NCBI GenBank assembly: GCA_905478165.1
Contig: CAJQHK010000004.1
Coordinates: forward strand, 27,557-91,556
Reading direction: 5' to 3'
DNA length: 64,000 nucleotides
DNA from: an uncultured Rickettsiales bacterium
GTDB taxonomy: Bacteria > Pseudomonadota > Alphaproteobacteria > Rickettsiales > UBA1997
Positions 26,391 to 35,710 of the stretch are shown here, piece after piece. A model generated the notes under the pieces. That model was not told the origin of the DNA and did not search any database. It worked only from the letters and a program-made list of their open reading frames with translations. A program made the position numbers and the translations under genes. Every line of letters starts with the position of its first letter. Positions within the stretch are counted from its first letter, which is position 1.

Positions 26391-28171
26391 AACATTTTTG
26401 TCAAAGCTTTAATATTAAATATATCTAATGCTGAGGCAATAATTTTAGCACTTGCCATTAAAAGATAGATTCTAGCCTTAGTTAAGGATTCGTTATCTTT
26501 AATGATAAATCTGAGGCTGTCATCTTCAATTCCAGCATTCCATAAAAAGTGAATTTGCGAAGCTAATTCTTGCAAATAAAAAGCAATCCTATGAGGTTCA
26601 AAATTAGAAACCGACATTTCTATTACTCTTGGATAAAGAATTATTTTTTTAACGAGCAAAATTTCAGCCGGATGAGTTAATTTTGACAAGATATCGGTAT
26701 CTATATCATCTTCGAAAATATTTGACAAATGAGGAATTGACTCCGTCAAATTCCTCATTACTGAATGACATCTAGTGTGAGCATATTGTACATAAAAAAC
26801 TGGATTATCTTTAGATTGCTTGATTACCTCCTCTAAGTCAAAATTGATTTCCATATCATTTTTTCTACTCATCATCATAAACCTCAAAATATCAATTCCT
26901 ACCTCCTCAATTACATCTGTCGCCATAATAAAATTATTAGCTCTTTTTGACATCTTCAGAGATTCTCCATTTTTAAGAAACTTCACCATTTGACAAAGTA
27001 TTATTTTAATCTCAACCTTATCGTCAGTAATTGCTTTAGCTGCAGCTGTTAACCTCTTAACATAACCAGAATGATCAAAGCCTAATGGTAAAATCATTTG
27101 CTCAGCACCTCTTTGGAATTTATTTAAACAATACGCAATATCAGCAGCAAAATAAGTATAAGAACCATCGGATTTTTGCAATACTCGATCCATATCATCG
27201 CCAAAACTAGTTGATTTAAATAATAATTGCTCCTTTTGGGAGTTTTTATTTTGGGAATTATCTTGTTTAGAATTTTCTACTTTCTTACCTTTTGGAGCCT
27301 CAATCACGCCTCTATAAATAAGATTCTTTTGTTTTAAAATTTTTATTGCCTCAGTAATTTTGTCCTTTTCATGTAATTCTTTTTTTTCAGAAAATAAAAT
27401 ATCATGCTTTATTCCCATCTTGGATAAATTATCAGTAATCAATTTTATCATCTCATCAAGAACCAGATCTCGAATAATATTAAAATACTCACCCTCTTCT
27501 TTGTTAATTAGATTGTCTTGGTATTGATCCTTTATGGTTTTGGCAATTGGGATTAAATAATCACCAGGATATAAACCATCTAAAAAGACAATTTCCTGAC
27601 CAAACAGCTCCAGATATCTTAAATAAACTGATTTAACTAAATTATTTATCTGACTTCCAGCATCATTAATATAATATTCTTTAGTGACGTCAAATCCAGT
27701 TTTTTGCAAAAGACTCGCTAATATATCGCCATATATTGCGCCCCTAGCATGACCAATATGCATTGGTCCAGTGGGGTTAGGAGAGGCGTATTCAATATTA
27801 ATTTTTTTATTATCACCAATCTGAGGAAGAGAGACTTGGTCTTTTTTCAGTATATCTGATAAAAATTCCTGCAAAATATTAAATTTTAGAAAAATATTAA
27901 TAAATCCAGGCCCAGCGATTTCAATTTGATTAACTTTATTATTATTTTTAATTTCCAAAATAATCAAGGCAGCTAAGTCTCTAGGATTTTTCTTAAAATC
28001 CTTAGCAAAAATCATAGCAATATTAGTCGCTACATCGCCATTTTTTTCGTCCTTACAAGGCTCAACAGTAAAGATATCTAACTTGCTATTGTCAATTTCA
28101 ATGTCTAATTTTTGAGATAATTTATGTATTATTTCTTTAAATTCATTCTTAAAAATATTAAATATATTCAT
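26387..28171 (-). CDS. argS: Arginine--tRNA ligase
   Basis: Motifs are ASPNPTGPMHIGHARGAIYGD (HIGH) and a DALR anticodon-binding C-terminus (EPHRIAFYLQELAS). Confidence 0.94.
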   Translation of the reverse strand: MNIFNIFKNEFKEIIHKLSQKLDIEIDNSKLDIFTVEPCKDEKNGDVATNIAMIFAKDFKKNPRDLAALIILEIKNNNKVNQIEIAGPGFINIFLKFNILQEFLSDILKKDQVSLPQIGDNKKINIEYASPNPTGPMHIGHARGAIYGDILASLLQKTGFDVTKEYYINDAGSQINNLVKSVYLRYLELFGQEIVFLDGLYPGDYLIPIAKTIKDQYQDNLINKEEGEYFNIIRDLVLDEMIKLITDNLSKMGIKHDILFSEKKELHEKDKITEAIKILKQKNLIYRGVIEAPKGKKVENSKQDNSQNKNSQKEQLLFKSTSFGDDMDRVLQKSDGSYTYFAADIAYCLNKFQRGAEQMILPLGFDHSGYVKRLTAAAKAITDDKVEIKIILCQMVKFLKNGESLKMSKRANNFIMATDVIEEVGIDILRFMMMSRKNDMEINFDLEEVIKQSKDNPVFYVQYAHTRCHSVMRNLTESIPHLSNIFEDDIDTDILSKLTHPAEILLVKKIILYPRVIEMSVSNFEPHRIAFYLQELASQIHFLWNAGIEDDSLRFIIKDNESLTKARIYLLMASAKIIASALDIFNIKALTKML

Positions 28172-28236
28172 TTTGCGTCAATTCCATTAAAAAATATTTT
28201 TTATTAGCTACACCAACACCCATTTGATAATTGGCA

Positions 28237-28695
28237 TTATTTATCGGAACTAGCATTATCTTCAATTGTCCTAATATTTCTTTGCAGATTGTTACGATCT
28301 ATTATAGGGTATGATTTTCTCATCTCAGTTGAGACGTCGAATTGATCGACACTAGGTATTTTAATATCAGAAAAATTAACTCTACTTACAGGGTATGATT
28401 CTGGAAAATTATACCCCAAATAGATAGGGAAATAAATTCTAGCATTTCGATCATAGCTACCATATCTAAATTGCTTTATATCAAGTGATGTTCTGGTATT
28501 ATGCTGATCAAAAAGTACCTTTTTAGCATTAGCATCATTGTCTTTAATTCTTCTTTTTACATCAGACAAGCCTCCTCCATGTTGCTCTAAAAAAGCTTGA
28601 TTAGGATTTTTTGAACCTCCTCTAGAGCAAGATATAGCAAGGAATAAGATAGTAAATAGAAATATTTTATAGAAACTAATCATAAATATAGTCAC
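28237..28695 (-). CDS. Hypothetical lipoprotein
   Basis: A lipobox-like LAISC follows a hydrophobic leader. The ORF overlaps the 3' end of the PilB/GspE gene. No family recognised. Confidence 0.45.
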   Translation of the reverse strand: MTIFMISFYKIFLFTILFLAISCSRGGSKNPNQAFLEQHGGGLSDVKRRIKDNDANAKKVLFDQHNTRTSLDIKQFRYGSYDRNARIYFPIYLGYNFPESYPVSRVNFSDIKIPSVDQFDVSTEMRKSYPIIDRNNLQRNIRTIEDNASSDK

Positions 28696-30394
28696 TCATA
28701 TCAATAACCTTAGAAACTTCGTCAAGGGTGGTTAAGCCTTGAGCAATCTTTAAAATAGCGTCATCAGCCATAGACATTAATCCTACCTTCTTAATATAAT
28801 TCATAAATTCATTTCTAGAGGCTTTTCTTAAAATCATATCGTCGACATTTTTATCAAAAGGTAAAATTTCCATTATTGGAGTTCTTCCATAATATCTAGT
28901 ATTATCACATCTTTTGCAACCCTTGGAATCTCCAACATTAGTGACTTTAGGATATCTTTTTAAGACCCTTTTTTCCAAGTCATTTAATGGTCTTGTAATT
29001 TTACAATTATCACATAATTTACGAGCTAACCTCTGAGCTATAACGCCGCTAACTGTGCCCGCAAGAAGGTAGGGCGGAATTCCAATATTTTCAAGCCTAG
29101 CAATAGCAGACAAAGCATCATTTGTATGTAAACTAGTAAATACTTGATGACCAGTCATTGCAGATTGAATAGCTGCAACCGCCGTTTCCTTGTTACGAAC
29201 CTCACCAATAAGAATTACATCCGGATCCTGCCTTATAATTGACTCAATACCTTTGCCAAAACTCATACCAACATCTTCCTTAATATTTGACTGACGAATT
29301 AGAGGAATATGATATTCCACCGGATTCTCCAAAGTCATAATATTCTTATCAATAGCGTTAATTTCATTTAAAATAGTATAAAGAGTAGTCGTCTTACCAG
29401 AACCTGTAGGACCAGTAACCATAATTACGCCACTTGGTTTTTTAATCAACTTATGAAGTAATTTTAGATTATAATTATTCAGACCAATCTCTTTTAAAGA
29501 TAGTATAGATTGACTTTCATCTAAAATCCTCATTACAATATTTTCACCATTTACAGTTGGCTGAGAAGAGACCCTGAAATCAATTTTTCTACCCAAAATT
29601 TCAGTCTCAATACGACCATCTTGAGGCTTCCTTGACTCAGCAATATTCATATCAGAAATAATCTTTAGCCTCACTGCAATAGCTCTCCAATGATCTTTAT
29701 GAATACTCCTGATTTGCATCATTTTACCATCAACTCTATATCTAATTCTAAGGAAAAAATTTTCCGGTTCAAAATGAATATCAGAGGCCCTCTTGTGAAC
29801 TGCATCGGTCAAAATGGCATTAACCAAACGCACCATTGGACTAGAATGGTTATTTTCCATTCCACCATCATCAATTAAAACCTCCCCACCCTCAACTTCT
29901 CTTAAAATGCCATCAATTGACATTTCATAATCATAATATTGATCGATGGTTCTTAAAATATCGGCAGTTGGGGCATATACCGGCTTAATACGATAATCAG
30001 AAGGAAATGATTTTCTAACCCTATCCATACCAACGATATCAAAGACATCAGACATGGCAATTGTGACATTTTTTTGATCAAGGAACAATGGAATAAGATT
30101 ATTATCGACGCAAACAGATTTTGCTATTACCTTTGTCAAATCAGGATCAATAATGCAAGATTTAAGGTTAAACTTCTTAACGCCGGTTGCCTGATTAAGG
30201 ACTTCACCAAGAGCTTTTTCAGTTATAAAGCCCATAGCCACCAAGATAGCGCCTGTAGTTTTAGTATTTCTTAATCTTTCTTGCTCTTTTTTGGCAATTT
30301 CTAATTGATCACTAGATATAACCCTCTCCTTTAGGAGTTGCTGACCTATGTCAAAAGAATCTGTGTCACTACTATAAGATCTATCTTCAATCAT
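28676..30394 (-). CDS. Type II secretion / type IV pilus assembly ATPase (GspE/PilB family), orphan
   Basis: There is an N-terminal T2SSE_N/MshEN-like domain. Motifs are Walker A GPTGSGKTTTLY, the Asp box, Walker B ILIGEVR, the His box and a tetracysteine CDNC...CKRC cluster. Confidence 0.85.
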   Translation of the reverse strand: MIEDRSYSSDTDSFDIGQQLLKERVISSDQLEIAKKEQERLRNTKTTGAILVAMGFITEKALGEVLNQATGVKKFNLKSCIIDPDLTKVIAKSVCVDNNLIPLFLDQKNVTIAMSDVFDIVGMDRVRKSFPSDYRIKPVYAPTADILRTIDQYYDYEMSIDGILREVEGGEVLIDDGGMENNHSSPMVRLVNAILTDAVHKRASDIHFEPENFFLRIRYRVDGKMMQIRSIHKDHWRAIAVRLKIISDMNIAESRKPQDGRIETEILGRKIDFRVSSQPTVNGENIVMRILDESQSILSLKEIGLNNYNLKLLHKLIKKPSGVIMVTGPTGSGKTTTLYTILNEINAIDKNIMTLENPVEYHIPLIRQSNIKEDVGMSFGKGIESIIRQDPDVILIGEVRNKETAVAAIQSAMTGHQVFTSLHTNDALSAIARLENIGIPPYLLAGTVSGVIAQRLARKLCDNCKITRPLNDLEKRVLKRYPKVTNVGDSKGCKRCDNTRYYGRTPIMEILPFDKNVDDMILRKASRNEFMNYIKKVGLMSMADDAILKIAQGLTTLDEVSKVIDMSDYIYD

Positions 30395-30644
30395 TTATAA
30401 AAATTATAAGAAAATAATAATCAACTTAGAAAATATAAATTATCAAAATCTAATTTCAAACTAAATTTATTAAAAAGTTGACAGAAAAATGATTTAACAG
30501 ATAATATCAACCTTAGCATTAAAAAGTCTATGATAAAATATTAAACAACCCAATGAAGTCACTGAAAAATCTAGTAATATGATTTTAGAAGTTTTTGAGG
30601 GTTAGTAAAATAACTTTAGATAATTTAAAAAAGAAAATTAAATA

Positions 30645-32036
30645 ATGACAGAAATTAGAACTAGATTTGCCCCTTCACCAACTGGTGATTTGCATATTGG
30701 AGGAGCTAGAACCGCACTCTTTAATTATCTTTTTAGTAAAAATAATAATGGTAAATTTCTTCTTAGAATCGAAGACACCGATAAAAAAAGATCCAACCAA
30801 GAAGCGATAGACATAATCTTAAATGGCTTAACATGGCTTGAGTTAAATTTTGATGAAGAAATTATTTTTCAATCACAAAATATTAAAAACCATCAAAATG
30901 CAGTAAAAAAATTATTAGACTTAAATAAAGCTTATTATTGCTATACTACAAAAGAAGAGTTGGAAGAAAGCCGGCAAAAATCACAAAAAGAAGGTAAGTA
31001 TTTTCGCTTTCAAAGCCCCTATCGTAACAAAATATGGAGCGAATATGAAGCAAAACCTTTGAATAAGCCGGTTGTAAGAATTAGATCAGAAAAAAATGGG
31101 TTTTCAATTATTAAAGACCTCATTCAAGGAGAGATAAAAATTGCTAATGAAGAAGTTAATGATTTTATTATTTTACGGGAAGATGGTACTCCAACCTATA
31201 ATTTATCAGTAGTTATTGATGATTTTGATATGAAGATATCTCATATTATTCGCGGAGACGATCATTTGACCAACTCATTTGCTCAAAAATTAATTTACGA
31301 TTCTTTAGGATTAACATTGCCAGAATTTGCTCATATTCCACTTATTCATGGCTCTGATGGTGCCAAAATGTCCAAAAGACATGGTGCTACCAATATCTTA
31401 GCTTACGAGGATATGGGATATTTACCAGAAGCAATGAGAAATTACCTCTTAAAACTTGGTTGGTCATATCAAGATATTGATATTATTAATGATATTGACG
31501 CTCAAAAAATATTTAACTTAAAAAATATTGGAAAATCACCCTCAAGGTTTGATTTTGCAAAATTAGATAATATTAATAAATATTATCTCAAAAATAAAAC
31601 AGAAGCCCAATTATTTGATTTAATAAAAAATGAACTCGGCGATGTTAATAAGGGGAGTCAAGAGAAAATCACTAAAGCCTTAAAATTTATCAAAGAAAAG
31701 GCGGTAAAAATACCAGATCTTATTGAGCCAGCAAAAATATATATTGATAATTATCGAAAAGAAATCTCTGAAAATGATTTAGAAAAACTTAAAAATAAAA
31801 AAGATTTAATACCTTTAATAAAAAGCGTCTTAGAAAAAATTGATAATTGGAATTTAGAAGAGATTAAATCCAGATTAAATAATTTTTGTCAGGAAAATAA
31901 TCTAAAAATTAAGGATTTCGGACCTGCAATAAGAATTATCTTAACTTTCTCATCGAAATCTGCCGGCGGAATTTTTGATGTTATCAACATTTTAGAGAAA
32001 GAGGAGGTTTTAAAAAGGATTAAATTTCTTACATAG
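30645..32036 (+). CDS. gltX: Glutamate--tRNA ligase
   Basis: Motifs are RFAPSPTGDLHIGGARTALFNY (HIGH) and KMSKRHG (KMSKS). Confidence 0.94.
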   Translation: MTEIRTRFAPSPTGDLHIGGARTALFNYLFSKNNNGKFLLRIEDTDKKRSNQEAIDIILNGLTWLELNFDEEIIFQSQNIKNHQNAVKKLLDLNKAYYCYTTKEELEESRQKSQKEGKYFRFQSPYRNKIWSEYEAKPLNKPVVRIRSEKNGFSIIKDLIQGEIKIANEEVNDFIILREDGTPTYNLSVVIDDFDMKISHIIRGDDHLTNSFAQKLIYDSLGLTLPEFAHIPLIHGSDGAKMSKRHGATNILAYEDMGYLPEAMRNYLLKLGWSYQDIDIINDIDAQKIFNLKNIGKSPSRFDFAKLDNINKYYLKNKTEAQLFDLIKNELGDVNKGSQEKITKALKFIKEKAVKIPDLIEPAKIYIDNYRKEISENDLEKLKNKKDLIPLIKSVLEKIDNWNLEEIKSRLNNFCQENNLKIKDFGPAIRIILTFSSKSAGGIFDVINILEKEEVLKRIKFLT

Positions 32037-32231
32037 CTTCTTTCTACCTACATTAAGGGTAATTAGAATTGCAAAGCAGTTACGGTGAGACAAATAAAAC
32101 ATACTCAGTTCTAAATTTAACAGATAAGACTGAGCTTACTTTCCTACTCCGCCAAGTCTCTACGCTCATGGACTCATACATTTTTAGATGGAGTTTTGCT
32201 TGAATTTAATTCTCAGTTTCAAAAAGATACA

Positions 32232-33488
32232 TTAAAGCTTAATAATAGACTTCCCCATTGCCTCTACCAATATTTCTGGTACCCTTACTGAGCCATCCTG
32301 ATTTTGATAATTTTCTAAAATAGCAACAATCGTCCTTCCAACCGCCAAAGACGAGCCATTCAAAGTGTGGACAAAGATTGGTTTTTTAGAATTTGGACTA
32401 CGATATTTAGCATTCATTCTCCTAGATTGAAAATCTCCACAATTAGAGCAGCTTGAAATTTCGCGATATTTGCCCTGCCCTGGTAACCAAACCTCAAGAT
32501 CGTAAGTTTTTTGCGCAGAAAATCCCATATCTCCGGAACATAATAGCATTTTGCGATAAGGTATTTTTAATTTTTGCAGAATGTGCGTAGCAATGTCAGT
32601 CATCCTTTCCTGCTCCCGTAAAGATTCCTCTTCAGTAACTATAGATATTAATTCTACTTTTTTAAATTGATGTTGCCTTATCATCCCCCTTGTATCTTTT
32701 CCGGCAGAACCAGCTTCACTTCTAAAGCACGGTGTGCAAGCTGTGAATCTTAATGGCAGATCTTCTTCTAATAAGGTTTTATCTTGCACCAAATTAACTA
32801 AAGATACTTCTGCGGTTGGAATAAGCCAATAGCCATTAGTGGTTTTAAAAGCTTCTTCAGAAAATTTTGGTAACTGACCTGATCCAAACATAGCATTGTC
32901 ACGAACTAGATTCGGTGGCGAAATTTCAATATAGTCATGCTCAATAGCAATATCTATCATGAAATTTGATAAAACACGCTCTAATTTAGCTAAATCTGCT
33001 GATAGGGTTGAAAATCTAGATCCAGAAATAATAGAAGATTGATCGAAATCAAGCATTTTTAGATTTTCACCAATTTCAAAATGTTCTTTTGGATCAAAGT
33101 CGAATTTTAATATATCACCCCATTTTTCAATCTCAATATTTTCTTCTTCACCCTTACCAAATGGCACGTTTTCTTCTGGAATATTAGGAAGTTCTGACAA
33201 TATTTTTTGCAACTCATCCTCAAATTCATTATAATTATTGGCAAGATTAGCGTTGACTTCCTTGGACGCTATCATTAAGTCATCAATATTTTGATTACTC
33301 CTTTTAGCTATAGAAATTCTCTTAGCTAGATCATTTCTTTGATTTTGAAGATTTTGGATTTCTTCAATTTTTTTGCGCCTTTGATCATCAATTTTTAATA
33401 ATTCTACCGATCTAACCTTATTAGATCTAGATCTCATTGCTTGATCAAATTTTTCTGAATTTTTCCTAATCCATTTAATATCCAACAT
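32232..33488 (-). CDS. serS: Serine--tRNA ligase
   Basis: An N-terminal coiled-coil arm is followed by class II motifs FRSEAGSAGKDTRGMIRQHQF and GSSLAVGRTIVAILENYQ. Confidence 0.95.
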   Translation of the reverse strand: MLDIKWIRKNSEKFDQAMRSRSNKVRSVELLKIDDQRRKKIEEIQNLQNQRNDLAKRISIAKRSNQNIDDLMIASKEVNANLANNYNEFEDELQKILSELPNIPEENVPFGKGEEENIEIEKWGDILKFDFDPKEHFEIGENLKMLDFDQSSIISGSRFSTLSADLAKLERVLSNFMIDIAIEHDYIEISPPNLVRDNAMFGSGQLPKFSEEAFKTTNGYWLIPTAEVSLVNLVQDKTLLEEDLPLRFTACTPCFRSEAGSAGKDTRGMIRQHQFKKVELISIVTEEESLREQERMTDIATHILQKLKIPYRKMLLCSGDMGFSAQKTYDLEVWLPGQGKYREISSCSNCGDFQSRRMNAKYRSPNSKKPIFVHTLNGSSLAVGRTIVAILENYQNQDGSVRVPEILVEAMGKSIIKL

Positions 33489-33589
33489 GGTCGTTACTTA
33501 ATTTATATTTCTTGATTTTTATCTTACTGATGCCATAATTATAATAACATTAATTTATCCACTAATTAATCAATAAAATCAATATTAAA

Positions 33590-34027
33590 ATGACAATCAA
33601 TAAAGTAATTTTAGTCGGTAATTTAGGTAATGATCCAGAAATAAGATCAACTTCTGATGGTAGAGAAATAGCAAACTTTTCCCTTGCAACTAGTGAATCT
33701 TGGAAAGATAAAAATACTGGCGAAAGAAAAAGTAAGGCAGAGTGGCACAGAGTCGTAATCTTTTCTCAAGGTTTAGTTGGTATTGTTAAAAATTATTTAA
33801 AAAAGGGTACAAAAATCTATATTGAGGGTCAATTACAAACTAGAAAATGGACTGACAATTCTGGTATTGAAAAATATACAACTGAAATTGTATTGCAAAA
33901 TTTTAACTCTACATTATCCATCTTAGATAGTAAGCAATCTAGCTCAGATACAGGCAATAATTTCAATGATAATAATCAGGATCAAAATTCTACTGACGAT
34001 ATCATCGATGATGACATTCCATTTTAA
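33590..34027 (+). CDS. ssb: Single-stranded DNA-binding protein
   Basis: Motifs are NKVILVGNLGNDPEIR and AEWHRVVIF, with an acidic tail ending DDDIPF. Confidence 0.95.
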   Translation: MTINKVILVGNLGNDPEIRSTSDGREIANFSLATSESWKDKNTGERKSKAEWHRVVIFSQGLVGIVKNYLKKGTKIYIEGQLQTRKWTDNSGIEKYTTEIVLQNFNSTLSILDSKQSSSDTGNNFNDNNQDQNSTDDIIDDDIPF

Positions 34028-34039
34028 GTATTAATTTTC

Positions 34040-34870
34040 ATGAGGTGGTGTATAGCAATATCAATATTTCTTTTAATATCGAGCAAGACTTTGGCAAATG
34101 AGGCCCTGTCAAATCAAAAAATAATTGGCGACATCGAAAGACACTTATTTTTTGACAAGGAAACCAATAAAGTTACTACCACTGAATCAACCTACGACGG
34201 AGGAAATACTATTTTTGACGAAGATGTTGAAGAATTTAAGTCAAAATTCGATATTATAGCAATTGACGCCAATTTTGATACAGTATCTGAAGAAAAGAAA
34301 AAATTAGCCCATAATACCAGCCTCATTGGACATTACGAAATTGCTGTAAAATTATATAAAGAAATTTTAGCAAAAGATAAATTTAATGATAGTGCAAAAT
34401 TTGGCTTAGCATTTTCTTACCAAAATCTTCACCAATATTCTGAAGCCAAGGATTTATATTATGATTTACTAAAAACTAGTAAAAAAATAAATAAGGACCA
34501 GGTTATTAACAACTTACTGTCAATAATAACAGAAGAAAACCCGAAGGAAGCTATATTTTTTCTAACTAAATTATCTGCTCAGCACCCAAATTCTGCTATC
34601 TTAATTGCTAAATCAGCCCTAACTTATGAAAAAATTAATAAACCCAAAAAGGCAATTGAATTAATGAAGAAAGCGCTGTTTTTAGATCCTGGTAATTTTC
34701 AATATCAATATAATTTAGCTATAATGCTCGATAAAGATAAAAATTATCAAGATGCTAAAAGTCTTTATAATAAAATATTATCAAAATTATCAAGATCCGA
34801 AAGTGAAAAACTAGACATCTCTTTAGATGTTATATATAAGAGAGTGGAGTACTTAGAAAGGGCCATTTAA
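34040..34870 (+). CDS. Secreted tetratricopeptide (TPR) repeat protein
   Basis: A signal peptide is followed by repeated A..Y...L motifs (HYEIAVKLYKEIL, YSEAKDLYYDLL, PKKAIELMKKALFLDP, YQDAKSLYNKIL). Confidence 0.6.
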   Translation: MRWCIAISIFLLISSKTLANEALSNQKIIGDIERHLFFDKETNKVTTTESTYDGGNTIFDEDVEEFKSKFDIIAIDANFDTVSEEKKKLAHNTSLIGHYEIAVKLYKEILAKDKFNDSAKFGLAFSYQNLHQYSEAKDLYYDLLKTSKKINKDQVINNLLSIITEENPKEAIFFLTKLSAQHPNSAILIAKSALTYEKINKPKKAIELMKKALFLDPGNFQYQYNLAIMLDKDKNYQDAKSLYNKILSKLSRSESEKLDISLDVIYKRVEYLERAI

Positions 34871-34907
34871 AACTTTATATATACCAAAGACAATTTTCCA
34901 AAATAAA

Positions 34908-35363
34908 CTACTGACGCAATATTTCTTTCCCTAACATTAGTAACAGACTCCTTAACTCCTTATCTTCAATATTGCAAAGGTGATTACTTAATGATTCATC
35001 TTCTTCTAAACTAGTATCTTCAATATTTAAATTCTTTAATTTTATATTTTTTGGTTTTTGTATAAACTTAATATTGTCAATTATCTTATAGCCATAATAA
35101 ATTGTAATTTTCTCTGCTATATCGTCAATCTCAGAAGATAGTAAGAAAGAAATTGTAGGATTATAAACCTCAATATAAAGAGTTTTTTTACCATCTCTGT
35201 TAACTTTTAAATCTTGAATGTAAGAAAAGTTACAATATTTATCACCAATAATTTTTTTCCAACTTCTTCTTAAATTGTAAAGAATGTTAAAATTCTTCTT
35301 TTTTTTCTTAAGGATAATTGGATTAATATTTGATAGGATATTAGATTCTAAAGATTTAAACAT
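34908..35363 (-). CDS. DUF721 (DciA-like) family protein
   Basis: 151-aa protein with a WKKIIGDKY...L.I.V.NP....LL pattern reminiscent of alphaproteobacterial DUF721 proteins. The similarity is weak and judged by eye. Confidence 0.4.
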   Translation of the reverse strand: MFKSLESNILSNINPIILKKKKKNFNILYNLRRSWKKIIGDKYCNFSYIQDLKVNRDGKKTLYIEVYNPTISFLLSSEIDDIAEKITIYYGYKIIDNIKFIQKPKNIKLKNLNIEDTSLEEDESLSNHLCNIEDKELRSLLLMLGKEILRQ

Positions 35364-35590
35364 TTGGTTATCATTTTATTTTAACTACAAGATAATAGGC
35401 AGATTTAGATTTACCAATAAAATTAGCTATTTTTTGTAAAGATTACTTTTCAACAAATCTCATATGATAAATTATTTACCCATCTTTAAATGTTAAATGT
35501 TTAAAATTCCTCCTATTCGTAATCATATTAATTTTATTAAATTTTAAAAAATAATAAAAATTACATCACATTGTTCGAATAGAATCTATA

Positions 35591-35710
35591 ATTTACCATC
35601 AAAAGGTAAAAGGCTTATAACATATGGATATATTCCGGTCATTTTTTATAAATAATAGGTAAAAAATATTTTAATATATTACTTATTTTAAAGTGGATTT
35701 TGACATGATG
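35591..35710 (+). repeat. Family B repeat, copy B2 (overlaps the uvrC 3' end)
   Basis: It aligns over about 115 bp with B1 (14411-14530), including the segment that encodes the last codons and stop of uvrC. Confidence 0.7.

Noticed and set aside
32037-32231. Possible ncRNA or degenerate copy of the GC-rich palindrome downstream of gltX (GAATTGCAAAGCAGTTACGGTGAGAC versus AAGTTGCAAAGCAACTTTGGTGGGGG)
   Set aside because: Only about 50-60% identity exists outside a 10-nt core, and there is no matching inverted arm and no tRNA-like or Rfam-like motif that I can recognise. It is kept only as a note under the palindrome finding.
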